32,000 nt of DNA from Candidatus Omnitrophota bacterium (GTDB lineage: Bacteria; Omnitrophota; Gorgyraeia; Zapsychrales; JANLHA01), in contig OY759724.1 of NCBI GenBank assembly GCA_963662715.1, forward strand, positions 810,001 through 842,000, read 5' to 3'. Below are positions 26,175 through 32,000 of this stretch, piece by piece. Under the pieces are notes generated by a model. It had not been told where the DNA came from and searched no databases. It saw only the letters and a list, made by a program, of their open reading frames with translations. Within the stretch, counting starts at the first letter, position 1. Each line of letters begins with the position of its first letter. Made by a program: the position numbers and the translations under genes.

Positions 26175-26305
26175 TCTTCTCACCTCCTTTTCCTTTATTC
26201 ACGTCTCCTCTTTGCGTTTTGAATTCTCTAATTTCCTCAAGAAAAAAAAGAATTCGATGATCGTCGCCGTGTTGAAAACAACCATGTGCATAGACACCTC
26301 CTTTC

Positions 26306-27169
26306 TTATGAATACATATTGCTTAAACATAATCCAGCGGTAACTAAACTCCCGCCAACAAGCAGAGACGGAGTTACCCTTTCCCCCAAGAAAACAATGG
26401 CCAGGACAACAGCAAAAAAAGGTATTAAATTCATATATTGACTGGCCCGGGAAGCCCCGACCACTCTTATGGCTTCGTAATAAAAAATGGCAGCGATGGC
26501 CGAGGGGCCAACCGCCAGATACAAAACATTCAGCAAGAACGAATAGGACACCAATGCTAAAGGTCTTTGATTCATTTCAATCAAAGCCGGTAAAAATAAA
26601 AAAGCCGTGCCGATGGCAGAAATATAAACGATCGTGCGTCTCGGACTCAAGGTATATAACATTTCTTTCGAAAAAAACGTAAAAGCCGCCGCGCAAAAAA
26701 CACCGGCCATTAAACAGATCTCTCCCCTGCCCAGAGCATGTTGTAAAAATGATCCCGCTTGACCTTGGCTGATAACGATACCCGCACCTATAAACGAAAC
26801 CATGATTCCCGAGGACTTGACCATGGTCGCTTTCTCTTTAAACAGGAAATGCGAAATCAACGCCACGACAAAGGGAACAGTGCTCATGATGACCGAACCA
26901 CGCCCGGCTTCAACATATTTCATGCCGGTAAAAAACAGGTAGTTATAGCAAAACACTCCTAAAAAGGCTGCGCCCAGGGCATAAAGCAATAATTTAAAAT
27001 TCATCGGGACCTTATCCTCTCTTTTCATGCCGACGGTCAGGACAACCGTGGCCAAAAAAAACCGAAGGAAGGCTATTGTAAACGGTCCGGCCTGGAACGC
27101 AATCGTCCTGGCGGCTATGAATGCCCCGGCCCACAAGAGTGCCATTATTGTTAATTTGACGTGAATCAT
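26306..27169 (-). CDS. EamA/DMT superfamily transporter
   Basis: 287 aa with ten hydrophobic helices in two halves. The overall pattern (MALLWAGAFIAAR...) is typical of EamA repeats. Confidence 0.9.
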   Translation of the reverse strand: MIHVKLTIMALLWAGAFIAARTIAFQAGPFTIAFLRFFLATVVLTVGMKREDKVPMNFKLLLYALGAAFLGVFCYNYLFFTGMKYVEAGRGSVIMSTVPFVVALISHFLFKEKATMVKSSGIMVSFIGAGIVISQGQAGSFLQHALGRGEICLMAGVFCAAAFTFFSKEMLYTLSPRRTIVYISAIGTAFLFLPALIEMNQRPLALVSYSFLLNVLYLAVGPSAIAAIFYYEAIRVVGASRASQYMNLIPFFAVVLAIVFLGERVTPSLLVGGSLVTAGLCLSNMYS

Positions 27170-27332
27170 AACAAAATCTGTCCTTTTTGAAGCACGGCCC
27201 CTACGGGCCCACTTCCCTAAAGCTTTTTAAAGTCCTTTCATTTCAAACTGCGCTTCTCCGGCAACTCCCTGGAATGTTTCCTATCGGAAGCACATCCAAC
27301 CACAGGCTCTTGTCCGTGGTTTTCTTTGCACC

Positions 27333-27373
27333 AAATAAAAAAGCCACCGATCTCAGTTAAGAGTCGGTGGCTT
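27333..27373 (-). terminator. Rho-independent terminator, 310 nt downstream of the permease stop
   Basis: Minus-strand stem AAGCCACCGA / UCGGUGGCUU (10 bp, 13-nt loop) followed by UUUUAUUU. Confidence 0.7.
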
Positions 27374-27682
27374 GAAAAATTCGATCATACTATTTCATTA
27401 ATGAATCAAAACACACCTCCTCTTGCCCCGTTTCTCCAGGCGGGAAAAACGATAATACAAGAAACATGCATTTTGAGTTTCATTAATTTCTTCATAGTGT
27501 GGCAAGTGTAACATATCTTTCTGCTGTTGTCAAATTCTAACTTTTTATCCAGGACTTTTGTTCCCCGTTCAATCCCGGCCCCTTGGCCAATGGGCTCAAG
27601 ACCATTACCGCCGGAGAAAGAGCTCTTCCCCGGATAATATCAGGTAAAAAAATTGGTTCATTATCCGCCACACTTAATACTC

Positions 27683-28852
27683 CTAAAATATGACATTAGC
27701 CAGAATCCCCCAAAACATGACCTGCGGAACCGTAATAACAGGAAGCCACAGGGCCGTTTTCCTGCCGACATTATGCCACAGCAAACCTATCTCCGTATAA
27801 TCTGTCGCAACCCCCGCCATAAGAAAAACAAAACTATTCCCGAGCGCCCCTGTTTGCCGAAAAATCTCAAAAGCAAGCGGAGAAGATCCTTCCGAACAGA
27901 CTTCAATCACCGTTGCCGCCAGAAGCGTCACCAGCATCCCCGAGAAACTGGGCCCCATGTATTGCTGAAAAATATGTTCCGGGATATAGGCACCAGCGAA
28001 ACTGGCCAGTCCCACACCGATCAAAATCCACCACAACACCATATTTGATAAAGCCACCGCCCCCTGGCAAATGCCTTTCAGGTCATGTAAAATCTGTGCC
28101 TTTGTTAGCCGGTAATGTCTGACCCTCCGTTGAATATCTTTCAGGATCGAGACATCAGCGTCCGGGTGTAAACCGTTTTGATTGATTTCAACAAGATTTC
28201 GGGATTCCAGCCATTGATAAACTAATCCGGTTATAACCGCAACAATGATCGCACACAATATGATATATAACGCCTGTGTCAGGCCAAAAAACCCTATGAG
28301 CATAAATGTCAGGGGAAGATTGGCCCAGGGACTGGCTAAAAGAAACGCCACAACGGCGGAGGTCGAGGCCCCTTTTTTGTGAAGCTGTATCGCCAAAGCC
28401 AGTATCCCGTGACTGCATAGACTCATAAAAAAACCCAGGATAACAGCATGAAAAACAGTGCTTTTCTCCCTGCGGGCAAGAATTTTGGATATATATTCCC
28501 GCGGGATAAAATAATCAATGACGCCGCCCAAAAATAAACCTAAAAGAATAGCCCACCATATCACGCTGAAATACATAAAGAGCGCCTTGCGGAAGGGTGT
28601 CAGGAAAGGGATACCATAGGATGCGGCCGTAAGCACACCAAGACCGGCCGCCACTAAAAATATTTTGTTTCTATACCATTTGAGATTGTGAGTGCCGGAA
28701 CAATGTGAAATTTCCGCTGTATCCACAGATTGCTGCCGGGCAAAACTGTTTAAACAATGCTGTCCGCAAAAATAGTATCTTGTGCCGTTTTTCTGCAGAC
28801 TCAATGAATTCTTTGCATCCACATTCATTCCGCAAACCGGGTCTTTTGCCAT
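27683..28852 (-). CDS. Predicted metal (Cu/Zn-type) permease with an N-terminal YHS/TRASH Cys motif
   Basis: MAKDPVCGMNVDAKNSLSLQKNGTRYYFCGQHCLNSF is the DPVCGM...YYFC..C metal-binding motif. It is followed by a multi-TM permease of the DUF318/ArsP type, resembling SO_0444-like efflux proteins. GAGGAG lies 8 nt upstream of the ATG at 28852, which I prefer over the track start at 28867. Confidence 0.75.
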   Translation of the reverse strand: MAKDPVCGMNVDAKNSLSLQKNGTRYYFCGQHCLNSFARQQSVDTAEISHCSGTHNLKWYRNKIFLVAAGLGVLTAASYGIPFLTPFRKALFMYFSVIWWAILLGLFLGGVIDYFIPREYISKILARREKSTVFHAVILGFFMSLCSHGILALAIQLHKKGASTSAVVAFLLASPWANLPLTFMLIGFFGLTQALYIILCAIIVAVITGLVYQWLESRNLVEINQNGLHPDADVSILKDIQRRVRHYRLTKAQILHDLKGICQGAVALSNMVLWWILIGVGLASFAGAYIPEHIFQQYMGPSFSGMLVTLLAATVIEVCSEGSSPLAFEIFRQTGALGNSFVFLMAGVATDYTEIGLLWHNVGRKTALWLPVITVPQVMFWGILANVIF

Positions 28853-28974
28853 GATAAGTCTCCTCATATATTTCCGAAAGTTAACCTGAACGGGTTTGCC
28901 CTGTCTTGGGGTTTTCCTTAGGTTAATTTCTTTCTATCTGCCGGATTTTCTTCACTTTGGATTTAGCCCACCCT

Positions 28975-28999
28975 CTTCTTGATGTATACATACAATAAG
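28975..28999 (-). promoter_or_regulatory. Operator-like palindrome upstream of the metal permease gene
   Basis: Perfect 10-bp palindrome ATGTATACAT (28982-28991) flanked by imperfect arms CTTATTG / CAAGAAG, about 130 nt upstream of the ATG. Confidence 0.3.
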
Positions 29000-29076
29000 T
29001 CCTTGCAGATATGTAAATATTCCCCCTGCTATCCTTACAAACAAAAAAAGGCTAAAAGGGACTCCTTTTCCTCCCA

Positions 29077-29110
29077 TAAAAAAGATCCCGGCCTTTATAC
29101 AAGGCCGGGA
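29077..29110 (-). terminator. Rho-independent terminator after the DNA-repair gene pair
   Basis: Minus-strand stem UCCCGGCC / GGCCGGGA (8 bp, 9-nt loop) followed by UCUUUUUUAU. Confidence 0.75.
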
Positions 29111-29162
29111 CACTTCTGTCATAACTGCTTATAAAATAATAAGATGGCGGGACCCGGTCCCA

Positions 29163-29894
29163 CTATTCGACCAAATATGCCCAATACCGCTGCGGCAGAC
29201 ATTGACGCTGCAGTTTCGGATTTTTGCGCTCTTCGATAGCAATGGTCTCAAAATATTTCCGCCACATATCCTGATAAAAATATTCTTCTTCCGTGAAGAC
29301 AGGCTCACGCTCTAACCGGATATCGACGACTTGACACCTCCCCGAACGATAAACGGCAGCTCGCCGGCGGACAACGTCATGGATCACCCACGGGTCATGC
29401 CTCATGCGCCTGACAAAATGAGACGATATGAGCGGAAGAATATTATGGTCCGGCCCTATTTGCGCGTAGAACCCTCCCTGCTCAAGCTCTTTAAAACGCA
29501 CCAAACCCAGCATGCGGTGGGCTTCCCGGCGAACTTTCAAAAAAAGTTTTTCAACCTGCGCCACCGCATCTTCGGACAGGAAAAAATCTGTCTGCCGGCC
29601 GTGCCGCAAGGCAAAATCAAGATACCGGTATACCATCATCCCATGCTGTCGTTTTTCGGAAAGGTAGACATAAAACACTTTCCGAATGGATTCCAAGGCG
29701 GCCTCTTTCCTGATCTTGGCCACAAAATCACAAAGGCGTTCAGCAGAGGGCGCGACTTCTTTGGCCGTTCCGAATAAGCATGGTGTGTCAGCGCAGACCG
29801 GCACAATATCCCCGGGGACGATGCCCTGCGAAAAACATTCGTCCACAACAGCTAAAAGCCCCTCAAATGTCCCGTCATAAAGATATGTTGTCAT
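29163..29894 (-). CDS. TIGR03915-type putative DNA metabolism/repair protein (DUF4130), partner of the radical SAM gene
   Basis: The start MTTYLYDGTFEGLLAVVDECF is the family-typical N-terminus. Its ATG overlaps the upstream TGA (TGATG at 29892-29896). The track start at 30005 lies inside the upstream gene. Confidence 0.85.
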   Translation of the reverse strand: MTTYLYDGTFEGLLAVVDECFSQGIVPGDIVPVCADTPCLFGTAKEVAPSAERLCDFVAKIRKEAALESIRKVFYVYLSEKRQHGMMVYRYLDFALRHGRQTDFFLSEDAVAQVEKLFLKVRREAHRMLGLVRFKELEQGGFYAQIGPDHNILPLISSHFVRRMRHDPWVIHDVVRRRAAVYRSGRCQVVDIRLEREPVFTEEEYFYQDMWRKYFETIAIEERKNPKLQRQCLPQRYWAYLVE

Positions 29895-31189
29895 CACATT
29901 TCTCCGGTCAATGTTGAGAAGACATCCTGCCGGGCGGGAGCCCGGTCCGGGAAAAGCAGCAGTTGCTGAGGCTGCCGTCGCCCGGACTCCGGATCGAGCC
30001 TGCACCTGATCGCCCGCGGATCAAGCGGGACATCACCGCAATAACGCCCGTTCACCAAGAGAAAATACCGGGCTCTTTTCATCACAACACGCAGTTTTTT
30101 CAAGTCTTCATATCTGATCCGTTTGATTTTCCGCACAGCCAAAATTTTAGCCGCAGCACGCATCCCCACCCCCGGCACACGGAGCAACGTACGGTAATCG
30201 GCCTTGTTCACCTCAACGGGAAACTCGCCGATATGCCTCAGGGCCCAGCCGGCTTTGGGATCTAAACGCTCCTCAAGGTCAGGCTGCCGTTCATCCAGCA
30301 GTTCCTCCACGTCAAACCCGTAAAAACGCAGGAGCCAGTCTGCCTGATACAGGCGGTGCTCTCTTAAAAGCGGAGGCTGCCGCGCGACGGGAAGCTGCCG
30401 GCCGTCATTGACCGGGATATAGGCTGAATAATAAACACGTCTTAAACGCATCTTTCCATACAAAAACGCACATAACCTTAAAATCTGCAGGTCTCTTTCC
30501 GGAGTCGCGCCGATGATCAGCTGAGTGCTTTGTCCGGCAGGAGTGAAGCTCTTAATATGTTTAAATTTGCGGCGCTCTTCTTTATGCCGGACGATTGTCT
30601 CATGCACCTGCTGCATCCTCGACAAAATAGACGGATAAGTCTTTTGCGGCGCAAGCAAGGTCAAACTCTTAGCCGAAGGCAGTTCGATGTTAACACTGAC
30701 ACGGTCTGCCAAACACCCGGCCTGCTGAACGAGCGTCCTGCCGGCGCCCGGAATCAGCTTCACGTGAATATAGCCCTGAAATCCATGCGTCTCCCGCAGC
30801 AGGCGCATGGTCCTGATTAAAAGCTCCATCGTGTGGTCGGGATTTTTAACGATCGCGGAACTGAGGAAAAGCCCTTCGATATAATTCTTTTTATAAAAAT
30901 TGATCGTAAGTTTGGCCAGTTCTTCCGGGGTGAATTGTGTTCTGCGGATATCATTGCTTCTGCGGTTTACACAATAAGCGCAGTCAAAGACACAGATATT
31001 GGAGAAAAGGACTTTTAATAAAGAAACACACCGGCCGTCCGCTGACCAGCTGTGACAAATACCGCCTAAACTTGCCCGCCCCAGCTTTCCCCCCTGCCGC
31101 GTTGAACCGCTGGACGCGCAGCTGACATCATATTTGGCACTGTCTGCCAATACGGCCAACTTTTGCAATAAATTCACAGGCCCCCTCAC
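29894..31189 (-). CDS. Putative DNA modification/repair radical SAM protein (TIGR03916-type) with C-terminal helix-hairpin-helix
   Basis: N-terminal KLAVLADSAKYDVSCASSG, the cluster CVFDCAYC (CxxxCxxC), and C-terminal LLRVPGVGMRAAAKIL (HhH). The start is a GTG at 31189, and its exact position is uncertain. Confidence 0.9.
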   Translation of the reverse strand: MRGPVNLLQKLAVLADSAKYDVSCASSGSTRQGGKLGRASLGGICHSWSADGRCVSLLKVLFSNICVFDCAYCVNRRSNDIRRTQFTPEELAKLTINFYKKNYIEGLFLSSAIVKNPDHTMELLIRTMRLLRETHGFQGYIHVKLIPGAGRTLVQQAGCLADRVSVNIELPSAKSLTLLAPQKTYPSILSRMQQVHETIVRHKEERRKFKHIKSFTPAGQSTQLIIGATPERDLQILRLCAFLYGKMRLRRVYYSAYIPVNDGRQLPVARQPPLLREHRLYQADWLLRFYGFDVEELLDERQPDLEERLDPKAGWALRHIGEFPVEVNKADYRTLLRVPGVGMRAAAKILAVRKIKRIRYEDLKKLRVVMKRARYFLLVNGRYCGDVPLDPRAIRCRLDPESGRRQPQQLLLFPDRAPARQDVFSTLTGEM

Positions 31190-31255
31190 AAAGGTTTTCT
31201 GTTTTACCGGATATTTTCAGACAGTAATTTTACCGTATTCATAAGGCGTTTTATT

Positions 31256-31277
31256 TTACCACACTTTTGTGTGGTAA
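31256..31277 (-). promoter_or_regulatory. Perfect 9-bp inverted repeat in the promoter region of the DNA-repair operon
   Basis: TTACCACAC-TTTT-GTGTGGTAA. On the minus strand it fills the 19-nt spacer between a TTGTCA -35-like hexamer and a TAAAAT -10-like hexamer, 67-88 nt upstream of the GTG start. Confidence 0.35.
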
Positions 31278-31419
31278 TGACAATTAAATTTTTCAATTCA
31301 CAAAAAAAAGACTCGGCCTGTAGCGCCTAAAAACAGACATTAAAAACACCCTGCTATTGAAAAAAATCCCTTTAGAGACAATCATAATATCCCGGGATGG
31401 ATGGCCGGTTTTATTTCAC

Positions 31420-31455
31420 AAAAAAAGAAAGGCAGCCTTCCGCTGCCTTTCTTTT
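31420..31455 (-). terminator. Rho-independent terminator of the small-peptide gene
   Basis: Minus-strand stem GAAAGGCAGC / GCUGCCUUUC (10 bp, 5-nt loop) followed by UUUUUUUGUG, 25 nt after the TAA at 31481. Confidence 0.8.
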
Positions 31456-31480
31456 AAAACACCCTATCCCTTTAAAATTA

Positions 31481-31615
31481 TTACTTTGCAACCTGATTTC
31501 TAACCACTTTTCCCTTGCCTTTGTCGCCATGATGCTTTCCCCCGCTGGCGAGTACAGGAGAAGCGGTTATGCCGAGAATACATCCCAACAAAAGCATGCA
31601 AATAATTTTTTTCAT
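31481..31615 (-). CDS. 44-aa secreted Gly/Lys/His-rich peptide, no recognised family
   Basis: The ATG at 31615 is preceded by AAGGAGG with a 7-nt spacer. Product: MKKIICMLLLGCILGITASPVLASGGKHHGDKGKGKVVRNQVAK. It has a signal peptide with VLA-S cleavage-site-like context and a 21-aa basic mature part. It sits between a riboswitch-controlled leader and its own terminator. The track ORF (31672 start) includes the RBS and leader. Confidence 0.6.
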   Translation of the reverse strand: MKKIICMLLLGCILGITASPVLASGGKHHGDKGKGKVVRNQVAK

Positions 31616-31701
31616 GTTCCTGTCCTCCTTTCCACATCGTCCGTTAGACTCATCACAAAGATATCTGCCCAAGCAGGCCTTTGGTCCTTTTATCCTTAAA
31701 C

Positions 31702-31736
31702 AAAAAAATAACTGCCCACCTTTATGGATAGACAGT
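31702..31736 (-). terminator. Intrinsic terminator forming the expression platform of riboswitch copy 2
   Basis: Minus-strand ACUGUCUAUC-CAUAAA-GGUGGGCAGU forms a 10-bp stem including G-U pairs and is followed by UAUUUUUUUG. The 5' arm ACUGUCUAUCC is complementary (10 of 11) to the aptamer 3' strand GGAUAGCCAGU. Confidence 0.6.
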
Positions 31737-31759
31737 CACCGGATTGATCATAATTGGGC

Positions 31760-31835
31760 TACGGCAACTGGCTATCCTTTTCTCAGGACCCTTTAGCTTT
31801 GCGTCCCTACCTTGCGATAGGTTTGCCTTTTCGTC
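31760..31835 (-). promoter_or_regulatory. c-di-GMP-I (GEMM-I) riboswitch aptamer, copy 2 (compact canonical form)
   Basis: The reverse complement reads AAAAGGCAAACCUAUCGCAAGGUAGGGACGCAAAGCUAAAGGGUCCUGAGAAAAGGAUAGCCAGUUGCC. It contains GGCAAACC, the hairpin CCUAUC-GCAA-GGUAGG with a GNRA loop, GGGACGCAAAGC, and a second hairpin with GGGUCC...GGAUAGCC. It is near-identical to copy 1 outside the insertion. Confidence 0.85.
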
Positions 31836-31865
31836 CTTCTTTCCTGCTAAACTTTATTCAATTAA

Positions 31866-31894
31866 AAGATACACGAAAAAATCCGGGAAAGCAA
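31866..31894 (-). promoter_or_regulatory. Candidate promoter for the riboswitch copy 2 transcript
   Basis: The minus strand reads TTGCTT (31894-31889), a 17-nt spacer, then TATCTT (31871-31866), about 30 nt upstream of the aptamer. Confidence 0.35.
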
Positions 31895-32000
31895 ACAGAA
31901 GGAGAGAGCCTTATGTCTTTGCCCGGCTTTCGCGTACTGGATTCTTGAACCTCATATTAAATACAATCACAGAATTAATGCAGATTCAACAACACGGGGA

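Noticed and set aside
27170-27332. The ~160-nt leader of the EamA gene, with hairpins AACCACGG/CCUGUGGUU and GGCCC-GUAG-GGGCC, inspected for a known riboswitch (guanidine/ykkC, SAM classes).
   Set aside because: I could not match any consensus I know. These are structure-like stems only, so it is not reported as a feature.
27653-28418. Plus-strand ORFs 27653-28048 and 27913-28122, and minus-strand ORF 28188-28418.
   Set aside because: They are antisense or out of frame to the permease gene. Their products are Arg/Pro-rich.
28895-28915. GGGCAAACCCG on the minus strand upstream of the permease, and GGCAAACCTGCAAG at about 5680-5695, checked as possible GEMM-I starts.
   Set aside because: Neither is followed by a GGGACGCAAAGC block or the second hairpin. 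These are chance matches to a short word.
29331-31125. ORFs 29331-29777, 29636-29848, 29686-29880, 29963-30265, 30530-30820, 30833-31018 and 30937-31125.
   Set aside because: All lie inside the two DNA-repair-like genes in other frames or on the other strand.
31195-31225. CTGT...ACAG pair (ctgttttaccggatattttcagacag) near the DNA-repair operon start, considered as a LexA box.
   Set aside because: The spacing is 18 nt rather than the 8 nt of the CTGT-N8-ACAG SOS box, and there is no internal symmetry.
31397-31948. Plus-strand ORFs 31397-31699, 31569-31796 and 31754-31948.
   Set aside because: They run antisense through the terminator, the small-peptide gene and the riboswitch. A structured-RNA explanation on the minus strand accounts for the conservation with 18625-18735.

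Overview
This is a 32-kb chromosomal-looking segment with mid-range GC by eye. Most genes have strong AGGAGG-type ribosome binding sites and most lie on the minus strand. I support about 28 protein-coding genes, many of them envelope, secreted or stress-related. They include periplasmic MsrAB, a MarR-led operon with two hydrolases, DUF349, GIY-YIG, DJ-1/PfpI, two EEP/DNase-I-like nucleases, BI-1/YccA and an M48 protease. Also present are a GspG-like pseudopilin, a GT4 glycogen-synthase-like enzyme, a PEP-CTERM protein, an EamA transporter, a YHS/TRASH-permease metal transporter, and the conserved radical-SAM plus TIGR03915 putative DNA repair pair. I saw no rRNA, tRNA, CRISPR array, transposase or integrase. 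The taxon is unknown. PEP-CTERM plus a pseudopilin suggests a Gram-negative environmental lineage, and a PVC/Omnitrophota-like origin is only a guess. The main signals beyond the ORF track are as follows. (1) Two paralogous c-di-GMP-I (GEMM-I) riboswitch aptamers lie on the minus strand, each with its own promoter and a terminator/antiterminator platform. One precedes the pseudopilin gene. The other drives a monocistronic 44-codon gene for a tiny secreted Gly/Lys/His-rich peptide that is absent from the usable ORF calls. (2) A translationally coupled operon encodes an FtsX-type permease, an ABC ATPase and a radical SAM enzyme with a Twitch/partial-SPASM domain, with no visible precursor peptide. 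(3) A secreted protein ends in a Lys/Glu-rich tail that contains a near-perfect 162-bp tandem duplication. (4) Several operator-like palindromes and one orphan promoter-terminator unit are present. All function calls rest on motif recognition by eye, and no database search was run.
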